Origin: Octopus sinensis
Taxonomy: Eukaryota
DNA: 64,000 bases
Assembly (NCBI RefSeq): GCF_006345805.1
Contig: NC_043003.1
Span: 60,636,001 to 60,700,000 of the forward strand
Direction: 5' to 3'
Each line of letters starts with the position of its first letter. Within the stretch, counting starts at the first letter, position 1. The translations under genes were made by a program, and so were the position numbers. Under the pieces are notes generated by a model. It was not told the origin of the DNA, did no database searches, and saw only the letters and a list, made by a program, of their open reading frames with translations. This document shows positions 25,915-37,872 of this stretch, in pieces.

Positions 25915-27610
25915 CAATAATTACATTGGACGGATAGGTGTCCTCACCTTGTTTGTTGTTACCACAAATTTTCAGCCTTAACCAGGTGTCCTGGTGAAAT
26001 TTCGAACCCAATCTTTTATTTGACTACTGGAGTATTCTGTTCTCCTTCCTAAGGTATTTTTGGCTGATTTTATTATTATTGATAATTTCTTCGCGGTAGG
26101 TATCAGGATTGCACTGAGCAATCCCTCTCTTTATACTCTATGGATTGTGGGAATTGAAGTTGAGGTATCGTCCAGTGAAGGAATTGAACCCAGAATCTTG
26201 GGACATTTAACCACTACGCTATATGCCCATGGGAAATTATACTGTGAATTTTAGGGTTTATAAATGTATTATTTTTTTGTATCCTTCCTTTATACCGGTT
26301 CCCATATTCTACTCATATCCGCACTAAAGCTGTAAGGTAGTTATTGTGTCCTAGCATATGTGCTGCCTCTTTTAGTTTTCCTATTTTCCAGTGGTGTTCT
26401 CTGTCTTTTATCCCACAGAGGGAGGTGGTGGCCGTTTTTCCATACATCAGCTATACCCGATTTTTCAATATTCCCCCATGTCACAACTTTGCGATGTTCC
26501 TCTACCTTTATTTTGAGGGGTCAGTATGTTTCGCCTTTGTATAACCTACCACAACTGCATGGGATGGAGCACTCACAATGTTTCGTCATATTCTCTTCTA
26601 TTGGTGGCTTTACTCGGAGAGATATTTGCTCTTGAATACTGTCCATATGTCATGTAAACCGCATACCTTTTGTATCTTTTCCGAGAGGCCTTTCACATAG
26701 GCTAGACAGACTTTCACATAGGGTAAGTTTATGGGTTTCATACTCTCTCTCTCCTCTTTCTAATTGGACTGGATAGTATGTTTTTTGAGTAGTTGCTGCT
26801 AAATAGATTGTTACTTAGCTTGATCATTTCTTCGTGGTGTGTATCAGGACCGCTATGTATATTCGATGTTTTAGGCACTGAGCAATCCCTCTCTTTATAC
26901 TGTGTTGATGGTGAGAACTGAAGTTGAGGTATCGTCCAGTGAAAGTTGGCTCGCACTATACAGATATCCTGAACCCATACTCAGTACGTGTTATTAATAC
27001 ATCCAGGAATGCTAGCTGATTGTCTGTTTCTTTTTTCATTGTGAACTGTATGGCTGGTTTTATCGAGTTCACACGATCCAGCAGTACTTGGACATCTTAC
27101 TGGTGGGGCAGAGTGTAAAGGTGACATCTACATATCGAAGCCATAGGGTTAGCTTTAGTGGCGTTGACACTAAAGCAAAATTTTCAAAGTATTCCATGTA
27201 TATATTGGCTATTATTGGTGATAATGGTAAACCCATAGCTAAACCCTCTCTATGTTGATATATATCAGTGTCTATTCTGAAGTAAGTAGTCTCTACGTAG
27301 AAGGTCAACATTTCCATCAAGTTTCCATCAAGAAAACTAAAAGAAGCAGTACATATGCTAGGACACGATAACCTCCTAGGCAGAACTAGTGCAGTTATGA
27401 GTAGAATAGGGGAACCGGTATCAAGGAAAGATACAAAAATAAATGGTTTATAAGCCTTAAAATTCACTCTGTAATTGCCCACAGGTATATAGCGTAGTGG
27501 TTAAGAGCGTGAGCTACTGGCCCTAAGATACCGGGTTCAATCCCGGTCAGTGACGCCAATAAAAAGCAACAGCAAAAATTACTTTAGGACTGAGAAAAGA
27601 GTACCCTATT
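25915..27610 (-). mobile_element. Penelope-like element complex (RT and GIY-YIG fragments, partial tandem and inverted copies)
   Basis: Minus: RT GLAMGLPLSPIIANIYMEYFE...WLRYVDVT (about 27070-27322) and GIY-YIG region ending KLKEAAHMLGHNN (about 26340-26700). Plus: inverted 3'-end copy at 27332-27610. Confidence 0.85.
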
Positions 27611-28191
27611 AGTCAAATGTTTTTTATATATTTCTCAGAAGTTATATATTTGAATGTTTATATAATTATCATTTATTTTATATTCAAGTTCTTAACTAAT
27701 GTATATATGAAAATCAACAGCAAAAAGATCCATTATGGTAGAATCTGAGAAGTATAAGGTGCCAATAGATACCTTTTCTTTTCTCTCCATTCTGTAGAAG
27801 AGCGTTGGCTCGGAAAGTTAAAAGCTTCTACCATTTTTCCCGAGTGTTAAATTTATACACCCTCTTAGTTGCTCAATCACATGTATCTGTTTTTTGTTTT
27901 GTATATTTTTGAACCGTATAATGTATGTATATGCAGATATATGCATGCGTATAGGTGCGCGCGCGCGCGTGACGTTATTACTGAGCTGAATTAGAAAAAT
28001 ATATGATTTTTATTGAAAATCTGAATATCTAAAATATCTAAAAATACAAAAAAAAAACTGGTTATTAAATATTGCTTTAGTTTGTGTCATTTAAGTAATC
28101 TTGTTAGTGTGATAGTTCTGTTAATTTTTTGTTCTTCTTTTCTTTCAGCAACTCATGCTAGGATGGTATCGCACAGAATTGTTCAAGTGTC

Positions 28192-30126
28192 ATGAATCGC
28201 TACACACGATTTACGATACGGAAAAGATTATTTGTTATCGTACTTTGCCTAACTCTACCGTGGTACTACATATCCAGCTATCTCCAAAACTTCGACAAAT
28301 ATGAATCAGCAACGGGCCAATGTGTCTTGCCGAACATCGACCCGTTTGATGAATCCATAAAACAATTCATCCGTAAACTCAGTCCGTTACAATGTTCTAA
28401 GAACAACGATTTCAGTTACCTTGACAACAAAGGTCGAGTACATTTGAATTGGACAGCTGGTCGTCTTCTTGGATTTCACCGAAATCAGACATACTGTGTG
28501 TACAATGTTATCAACAGATACGATGATGATGATCATATCCTATACCAACCTGCCCGGACAGTGGTTTTTCCCATGGACATACCTTCTGACTTCTTCCGTA
28601 TTACATGCGCGGATGAATCTGGTTCCTCTTACAGCAATCTACACGCTCATATTTTCCCTACAAATATCACAAATGAAAAAGTTAAAAAAAGGTCAAACCC
28701 TCGGAAACAGTATAATGTTTTTATATTTGGGGTCGATTCTGTCTCCAGGTTAAACTGTTTGAGGATGCTTCCGAAAACCTATAAGTATCTCACCCAAGAA
28801 CTAGGGGCGTTTGATTTTCAAGGTTACACCAAAGTTGGAGATAACACTTTCCCGAACATGGTGCCATTACTCACAGGGATGCATCCTTATGAAGAGTCGT
28901 CGAAATTACCTTATGTAGATCCCTCATATCATTTTTATGATTCTTACCCTTTGTTATGGAAGAACTTTTCCGATGCCGGTTACATCACGATGTTTGCAGA
29001 GGACGAACCGTTACTGGGTATTTTTAACTATTTATCAAAAGGTTTTAACCAGCAACCAACTGATCATTATATGCGACCGTTTTGGCTTGCTTTGGATGAC
29101 ACTCACCCTAGCAATAAGTTTATCAGTCCCTTCTTGTTAATGCTGGAGAATCATGAAGTCCAGCTTAGTAAGTCTTCGACCCTTTGCTTCGGAAATATTC
29201 CCAAACATGTTGTCTTGATGAATTATTATAAATATTTCACAATGAAATACAAAAAAACACCCCGGTTTGGATATTCCTGGTTAACAGAACTTGGTCATAG
29301 TCATTTAAACATTGTACAGTTGGCTGACAACGATTTTGTTAATTTCTTAAAATCCTTAAAGGATAATGGTCAACTAGATAACAGTTTTTTGATTTTTATG
29401 AGTGATCATGGACACAGGTTCGATTCTATACGCCATACGTTAATTGGACGCATTGAAGAAAGAATGCCGCTTTTTTTAATGACAATACCCAAAGGTTTCA
29501 AAAGAGACTATCCAAGCGCAGCAGCTAATCTGCTCGCTAATACTAAAAGACTTACAAGTCCGTATGATCTCCATCAAACGTTGAAGGATATTCTGTCAAC
29601 TGATTACGAAAATAACAATGCAAAGAGATTAGCATCGACAAAAGGAGTGAGTTTATTTAGCAGAATCAGTAAGCAAAGGAGTTGTGCAGATGCTGGCATT
29701 AGTGAAAACTACTGTCCATGTTATAAAATAAAACCTTTAAACACAACAGAAAATAATGTGAGTCGCTCTATAGCCAAGTTTATTCTTGACAAAATTAATT
29801 CTCTTCTCCAACCCTGGAGAGGCATATGTAGCAATTTAAAACTGAACAGTATTAAAAGCAGCGATAAAATTGTCCCTCATGCAAGTCTAAGAGAAGAAAA
29901 TGGTTTCTTTGCGTCTTTATTGAAACACCAGGAACCGGAAGAGGGTACTTACACTGTTGTTGTTGAAACAGTCCCTGGTTTATCTTTGTTTGAAGCCTCA
30001 GTGAACTACAAAAGCAACACTGATATTAGTCTCTATGGAGAAATAAGCCGAATCAACCGATACGGTAACCAATCAGATTGTATAAGGAACAAACGGATGA
30101 AACTATACTGCTATTGTATCGCGTAA
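28192..30126 (+). CDS. DUF229 family protein (alkaline phosphatase/sulfatase superfamily, type II membrane), intact single coding exon
   Basis: 644-aa ORF with an N-terminal TM segment (FVIVLCLTLPWYYI) and DUF229-type motifs CVLPNIDPFD, NVFIFGVDSVSRLN, GYTKVGDNTFPNMVPLLTG, FMSDHGHRF, RLTSPYDLHQTL and CADAGISENYCPC. Preceded by a strong acceptor (ttcttcttttctttcag| ending 28148). Confidence 0.9.
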   Translation: MNRYTRFTIRKRLFVIVLCLTLPWYYISSYLQNFDKYESATGQCVLPNIDPFDESIKQFIRKLSPLQCSKNNDFSYLDNKGRVHLNWTAGRLLGFHRNQTYCVYNVINRYDDDDHILYQPARTVVFPMDIPSDFFRITCADESGSSYSNLHAHIFPTNITNEKVKKRSNPRKQYNVFIFGVDSVSRLNCLRMLPKTYKYLTQELGAFDFQGYTKVGDNTFPNMVPLLTGMHPYEESSKLPYVDPSYHFYDSYPLLWKNFSDAGYITMFAEDEPLLGIFNYLSKGFNQQPTDHYMRPFWLALDDTHPSNKFISPFLLMLENHEVQLSKSSTLCFGNIPKHVVLMNYYKYFTMKYKKTPRFGYSWLTELGHSHLNIVQLADNDFVNFLKSLKDNGQLDNSFLIFMSDHGHRFDSIRHTLIGRIEERMPLFLMTIPKGFKRDYPSAAANLLANTKRLTSPYDLHQTLKDILSTDYENNNAKRLASTKGVSLFSRISKQRSCADAGISENYCPCYKIKPLNTTENNVSRSIAKFILDKINSLLQPWRGICSNLKLNSIKSSDKIVPHASLREENGFFASLLKHQEPEEGTYTVVVETVPGLSLFEASVNYKSNTDISLYGEISRINRYGNQSDCIRNKRMKLYCYCIA

Positions 30127-30413
30127 AAACGGTCTTGAAGACTAGCAGCATTGCGCATGCGTAATAACATACTTCACCACATACTGACACAACACTTCTC
30201 TTTCACCTACCACGTAATTTTATTTATATTTATATATAGAAAAAAAAGACTAAAAATAGAACCGATTGAAAGCAAGACAGTATTATACACACACACACAT
30301 ACATGTACACTTCGTTTTTGTATTTGGTTTACAAGGTTCTGTATGAGAACTCGTGCATTGAAACGAATCTTGTTGCATCTTGGGAAGGTCATTATCAAAA
30401 TAAATACAGGCTC

Positions 30414-30780
30414 AGGCGTGGCTGTGCGGCAAGAAGCTTGCTTCCCAACTACATGGTTCCGGATTCAGTCCCACTGCATGGCAACTTGGGCAAGTGTCTT
30501 CTACTATAGCCTCAGGCCGACCAAAGCCTTGTGAGTGGATTAGGTAGACAGAAACTGAAAGAAGCCCGTCGTATATGTATGTGTGTGTATGTATTTGTGC
30601 GTCTGTGTTTGTACCCCCACCATCGCTTAACAACCGATGTCGGTGTGCTTACGTCCCCGTAACTTAGCGGTTCGGCAAAAGTACAAAGTCCTGGGGTCGA
30701 TTTGTTCGACTAAAGGCGGTGCTCCAGCATGGCCTCAGTCAAACGACTGAAACAAGTAAGAGAATAAAAGATTAAAAGAA
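30414..30780 (+). mobile_element. tRNA-derived SINE family C
   Basis: Head gtggctgtgcggcaagaagcttgcttccc...ggattcagtccc, ttgggcaagtgtcttct core, internal (TG)n, tail ggtgctccagcatggcc...aacaagtaa. Copies at 19722-20035, 20900-21125, 51500-51926 (-), 59700-59960 (-) and 63570-63720 (-). Confidence 0.85.
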
Positions 30781-31433
30781 TAGGCACTGGCTTAGTTTCG
30801 CTTCTTATTGTTAATCAACCAATTGACTAACAATAAAGAAGTAGAACTGTGACCGTGCATGCTTTTGGTATTATTGGCGTAATGACCTTCCCAAGGTACA
30901 CCATATCTCCCAAGATACACGATGTGCATGTATGTGTGTGTGTGTGTATGTATGTGTGTGTGTGTGTAGTGGAAGCCGCTTATTGTAATAACGGGTAATG
31001 TTACCAATCAAAGTTACTGCCTCCCAAACACGCTCAGGATAATGTTTAATTTGGCCAGTATGCTATTGTTATCTAAATGGCTCCGTCCCACAGTGATCAT
31101 AATAAGCGGATTCCAATACATATATTTATGCCTGTGTGTATGTGCTTGTGCGTGCTTGTGTATACGACCACTTGTAAATAGTGTGAATAAAATCTAAATA
31201 TTTTACTATTCCAGTTGTTTCTGTTTTCTGTGATGACACTAATTGCTTTTTTATCATTATGCAGATATAGACATGGTTGTATGGTTAAGAAACTCGTTTT
31301 GCAGTCACGTAGGTTCGAGTTCAGTCTCACTGCGCAGCACTTTGGGCAAATGTCTTCTACTCTAATTCTAGGTCGACTAACACATGAATTTGGCTGACGG
31401 AAATTGTATGAAAGCGCCCGTCGTATACATACA

Positions 31434-31465
<32 letters not shown>

Positions 31466-31721
31466 CATATATAGATATACATATATATATATATATATAG
31501 ATATACATATATATATATTGATAGATAGATAGATAGATAGATATACATAACTTTATGGGTTCAAGTCCCATGCGTACGGCAAACCCTATCTTTTTCCGTC
31601 GAGGGCTTATATCCCCAGCATTAGACTATTTACCGTAGTCAATGTACGGTGATCGCTTATATATATGTATGCACATATATATATATATATATATGTATAA
31701 TGTATATATATATATATATAT

Positions 31722-31776
<55 letters not shown>

Positions 31777-33411
31777 TCTATTTGAATCTACATGTTATCT
31801 ACCTGTATCAAGAGAATGCAATAAAAACAATATGACTTTGGGAAGCTCCAAGTGATCCAGTAGTATTTTCAAAGCCACTTACCTGATGTTGTGCGGGTTC
31901 ACACTTATTGTTGGATCATGTTTGTATAATATATATATATATAATATGTATGTTATGGAAAACTCAGCAACTGATAGGTGTTACTAATGCACAGAAACCG
32001 TTGTTGTGATTTGAAGCCAAGCTTATTCATGCCATATTTCTCTATTCTAATCTCATAACGTAGCGGCAGATGAAGTAGTGCTACGCATTTCACCCGGCGT
32101 GCTAACGATTCTTATTTCTTTATTGCCCACAGGGAGCTAAACACAGAGGGGACAAACAAAGACAGACATAGATATTAAGTCGATTATATCGAACCCAGTG
32201 CGTAACTGGTACTTAATTTATCGACCCCGAAAGGATGAAAGGCAAAGTCGACCTCGGCGGAATTTGAACTCAGAACGTAACGGCAGACGAAATAACGCCA
32301 AATATTTCGCCCGGCGTGCTAACGATTCTGCCAGCGCACCGCCTTTACGTGTTACTAAAAACGTAATGCATAAGTACAAAACATTTAAAATGTGCTGAAC
32401 AATATTGGTTTTTAATTGTGGCAGAAGGCCAGCAATTTCGGGGAGTGGGGTTAAGTCGATTACATCAACCCTCAATGTTGAAATGGTATATATTTTATCG
32501 ACCGGAAAGGATGAAATGTTTCCCCGAAAGGATAAAAGACAAAGTTGACCTGAGCGGCATTTGAACTCAGAACGTAAAGACGGGCGAAATGTCGCTCAGC
32601 ATTTTGCCGGAGTGCTGATGCTTCTGCCAGCTCACCACCTTACGTATATATTATAATGTATTGCAGATGCAAAAGTACTATAATTTTGCTGAAAAACAGT
32701 GTCTAATTAAATTGTAGGGTGAGAATATCTGTAACTTGTCGTCATTATTGTGTGTGTGTGTCCGCTTCCTGTATTGACATCTGATTTTGTTTTGTTTACG
32801 TTCTCGTGACGTAGTGGTTCGGCAAAAGAAAACAATAGAATAAATACAAAACTTCAAAATATGTATTGTGGTCGATTTCTTCGACGAAACACTTCAAGGT
32901 GCTTCTCCAGCATGGTTGTAGTCCAATGTCTTAAACAGATGAAAGAAGATATATATAAAAAAGGAAGGTTTACTTGGATCGGAAGAAGTTAGCTGTATCC
33001 ATGGCCTTCGAACGCTTCTTAATTTTCCGGTGTCTCCTATTGCAAATTAATTGTGACCGACGTTAAGTTCTGTGTAAGCAGAACTAAGCCTCACGGTAAT
33101 CTCCCTTTTATCCAAAAAGCTATATTTTATGTTTTGCTATGTTTCTCTCACTGGACTGCAGCCATGCTGGGGCACTGCCTTGAAGTGATTTGGGGGCGAA
33201 GAAATCAGCCCCAGTACTTATTCAAAAAGTGGCAGCATATTGAAATATCTTTAAAGGTTAAAATTATAAACAACTTATAAACAAGGGCAAAAGAAAAGAT
33301 TATTTCCATGCCAATATGCTGATAACAGATTGAAATCGTCAATTTCCACATATCATTATACACTCACTATAAATACCCTCACACTCACACACACACGCAT
33401 ACACACACACA

Positions 33412-33460
<49 letters not shown>

Positions 33461-36400
33461 TGATTTCTGCGTACCAAACTGATTCACAAGACATTTGTCG
33501 TCAGTAATGAAAGCCAAAATCACGTTTGCAAAGCTAGTTTCTTAGCTACGGATACATGTTTGCACCAGTTTTAAATTTCAGGTAAATTTGACAGCCTTTT
33601 CTTGCAGGTACACTGATTGCATATAGGTACACTTTATTACCCAGAAGGGGCTAAACATAGAGGGGACAAACAAGGACAAACAAAGGAATTAAGTCAATTA
33701 CATCGACCCCTGTCTGTAACTGGTACTTAATTTATCAACTCGAAAGGCTAAGTCGACCTCGGCGGAATTTGAACTCAGAACGTAACGGCAAACGAAATAC
33801 TGCTAAGCATTTCGGCCGGCGTGCTAACGTTTCTGCCAGCTAGTCGCCTTAAGTGCATATTTTATTGATTTTGCAAAGATGTATGGTAAACTCGACATCC
33901 GTAAATGTAAAGAGAAAACCGAATACTACAAAGTATTTTGAAATTCTACCATGTTTGTTGAATTATACTTTCTTAAAAACATTTATATGCAATTTCCTTT
34001 TTGTATTTGTGTGTTGAATCAAATTTTATTGTGTCTTCGGAGAGACATTACGCCAATAATAACAATAACACACGCACTGGTTCGGTATCAGTTCTTTATT
34101 GTTAGTCAATCGGTTAGAGTAACTTATTGATCGTTTGTTTAACGTATTAAGCAAACAGTTAATCAGGTGTTTGGTTGTCCGTCAAAGTTCCTTCGTTGCT
34201 GTAAGCAACATTTTCTGTGATCCGTGACTTCCTACACGCTCCAAGACCTACTTTCGTCATATAATATATAACATTACTTAATTAAAAAGCTGTTGTAATT
34301 TTTAAAGGTGTCATTAATATCACACACTCACTTACATACGCACACATACACACATACATATACATACGTATGCGTGCGTGCGTGTGCGCATAAACTGATA
34401 GCATTGCAGAAGCGATAGAGTGTGTTGGTATTTGTAGTTTTGGGCCTGTATATTCCAAGTTCATAATAGGCCAGGACCTTTGCTCCCCCACGAAAACCAA
34501 CTATAATAGTATCATACAATTCACAAAGTAGACTTGAAGGAAATGAGAGATTGCGGTTTTCATACCTTCACGTTGAGATAATTATTAGCAATGAAACTCA
34601 AAAATATCTCCAAGAAAAGTTCGAAACCGATTTGCAGTCTCGAGGCTTAGTGACCTTTCACCTTTGTTTTATTATGACCTCATCAAGATCTGTAATAATA
34701 CTTTCTTTTTTTGAAACAGGACTCGCAAACGCTCGGCGTGGGGTAGTCGATTACATTGACTCCAGTAATCAGCTGGTTCTTACTTTATCGATGCTGAAAG
34801 GGGGAAAGGCAAAGTCAGTCTCACCGGAATTTGAACCCAGAATATAAGGGCGGACGAAATACCGACAGATATTTAGTCTGGCGTTCTAACGATTCTGTCG
34901 GGTTGCTGCCTTAACAAGATTTGTAATGATATAAATTGAAACTGATATCAAACTTGGGCAAGTCAAACTCTTTAGGGTAGGGTTTTTTCCTGAGCCCTAC
35001 GAATTATAAGATCGGTTATTTGGTTTTCGTGGTTTGTAAGTGATGAGATCACACCAATCCCTCTGAAGCAGATGTTGGTCCGTTGGAAATTTTAAGGCCG
35101 CAATATTGAAGGGAGGGGACAAGATGATTACATCGATCCCAATATTTGAGTGATACATCATTTTATCATGCCCGAAGAGGTAAAAGGCAATGTTAGCCAC
35201 GTCGGGATTTGAACTTAGAGCCGAAAGAAATGCCGCTAAACATTTTCTCCGACATGCCAAAGGTTCTGCCAACTCGTTGTCCTTTAGAAGTGGGTATAGT
35301 CGATTAAATCACGCCAATAGTTGACAGTTCCTTTATTTTATTCTATGGTAATACTGAAAAACAATTGTTAACTTCAGCGCGATTAGAACTAAGAACCGAA
35401 ATACCCACAACAAAATACTTCAAAGCATTTTGTCTGACACAAAACCTCTTGGGCCAATATTAACAATGGTTTCGAATTTGTTTAAGCACCACGTTTAAAA
35501 CAAAGTTCACAAATACTTCAGCTTACATTAATACATAGTAACGTCACTTCCTATCTTCGGTGATTTTTCTCCTATATTAAGCATCTTACTCTTTAAAGTG
35601 CTTGAATCCCTTTATTTTGTTATTGGCTTGGCGCCACCAATCCTGGGAAACTGAATTTTTCTACACGCTTGACGGAATAGGAACAGAACTGTCTTTTAAT
35701 GACGACTACTGACTTTTATTGACTAGCGAGGCTTACCCGATCAAAAGGATAGCCGACATATAAGGAAAGTTTTTGCCATACCATGTTTTTTCCCCGGAGA
35801 CAGGTAATCTCAGCTTACGCAACTGGGTATTTTATAAACAAATGAATAACATTTTAAAAGTTTAGAAATACTGGGAAAGAAACGTTAGCGATGGCGGTCG
35901 TATTGGCGGTAGTGGTGGCGATGGTGGCGTTTGTGGCCTTAATAACCGTCGAGTTGCTAAAAGCAGTGTTGATAAGGTAGAAGCAGTGATAATGTTTACG
36001 ATAATGCTGAGATAAGGGGAAAGGAAGAGATATCAGCAGTAGCTATGTTACTATAAGTTCCTTTGAAAGGATACTAAACACAATGAACGTTGTTATGTAT
36101 CAGAATTTTCTTGCCGTGTCTTTTTTTTTATTTATTTATTATAGTTTTAAAGCCAATACTTGAGGAAGCAGTGAAGAATATGTTTAGAATTAAGAGATCT
36201 AGATACAGTATTCAGCAGGAAGTTCCAGCTTCAAGTCTTCATAGTTTTCATGTTTATTAATAGCCTGTGTTGTGTTTAGATTACCTTGGAATATACTGTT
36301 ATAAACTGTTTTAAATATACAAATTCCATTTCTATGAAATACATATACACAACACTACCAGGAATGTTACCATCTTTGCCTTATTACCTTCCCCTCCCCA

Positions 36401-36784
36401 CTTCAGTTTTTTTTTTTTGAATAATGACCAGCATCATCATAATCATAATCTACACAATAGCAAACTCAGTATAAATCCTGTTCAGCGCTTATTTCTTCTT
36501 TCATCACATCCTATTGAAACTTCAATTTTCTGCCACCTTCAAGTATATCTTGCCCTTTACCGACTCTAAAGCAACAATGTGAGAATAAAGCTTAGGACCG
36601 TGGCCATCCTTCAGACTAGCGGATCCTACTACTCAGATTTTTATTGATGCTCGTGTTTGACCTAGAATTCTAGGATAATTCTGATGGTCTTCATGGGCAG
36701 AGTTTGATCCCTTCAGTCGGTGTAAATAGAAAATAATCTAGAGGCTGTATGAGTAACATAAAAAGTCATGTTGGCGTTTCCACA

Positions 36785-36851
<67 letters not shown>

Positions 36852-37587
36852 CCCTCTTCAGTTTCTCTCAGATTCTCACTTTCTTAGACTCTCTCTCTAT
36901 ATTATTCTTTCTGTCTGTCTCTCTCCCCGCTCTCTCTGTCGCTCTCTCTCTCTCTCTCTCTCTCGATTACGACGACGAGGGTTTCAGTTGGTTCAATCCA
37001 CAGAACTGACTGCTCGTGAAAAGGACGAGCAAGTGGCTGAACACTCTACAGACAAGCGTACCCTTAACGTAGATCTCAGGGCGATTTATCGTGACACAGA
37101 ATGTAACAAGGCTGGCCCTTTGAATCACGACTCATTTTTGCTAGCTGAGTGGACTGGAGCAAATGTGAAACACGGTGTCTTGCTCAAGCTCGCAACTGCT
37201 GCCCTTACGAACACACAGACACGCACGTACCGGCGCCTGATATTTCTGCCCCAAACTCTGAAATACTCTCACGATGTTTCAAATTCTGCCGAGGTCGATT
37301 TTGCCCTTCATCCTTCCGGGGGTCAATAAATTAAGTACCAGTTGCGTATTGGGGCCGATCTAATTGACTGGGTCCCCTCCCCAAATATTTCGAGCCGTTT
37401 TCCCAGAGTAGAAAGGCTATTCTCACGATGTCTTTCTCTCTAACTTGCAATCTCCTTTCTCTGTCAAACTCTCTTTTGAACCCACTATCTCAAACACTGA
37501 ATTCCTCAAAATCACTCTCATTTTTTTCTCATTGAAAAATATTTTCTTTGTTTTTCAGAATTTAAGAAATCGATACTCTTGTCGCCA

Positions 37588-37872
37588 TGGAGGCACATGG
37601 CCTAGTGGTTAGAGCAGCGGACGCGGTCGAGGGATCGCGGGTTCGAATCTCAGACCGGGCGATGTGTGTGTTTATGAACGAAACACCTAAGCTCCATGCG
37701 GCGCCGGCAGAAGGTAATGGCGAACTTCTGCTGACTCTTTCGCCACAACTTTTCTCCTGCATCTTGCAGCTCACCTGCGACGAACCGGCATCCCGTCCAG
37801 GTGGGAGACCTATACGCCAAGGAAACTAGGAAACTGGCCCTAATGAGCCAGGTATGGCTCGAGAAGGAACAA
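37588..37872 (+). mobile_element. tRNA-derived SINE family B2 (same head as B1, different central domain and tail)
   Basis: Head tggaggcacatggcctagtggttagagcagcgg...ggttcgaatc, central cctgcgacgaaccggcatcccgtccagg, tail gagccaggtatggctcgagaagg. Copies at 2070-2340 (-), 8755-9048 (-) and 47693-48003 (-). Confidence 0.85.

Noticed and set aside
35680-35830. Possible exon between splice-like motifs
   Set aside because: No recognisable peptide or phase-compatible partner on either strand.
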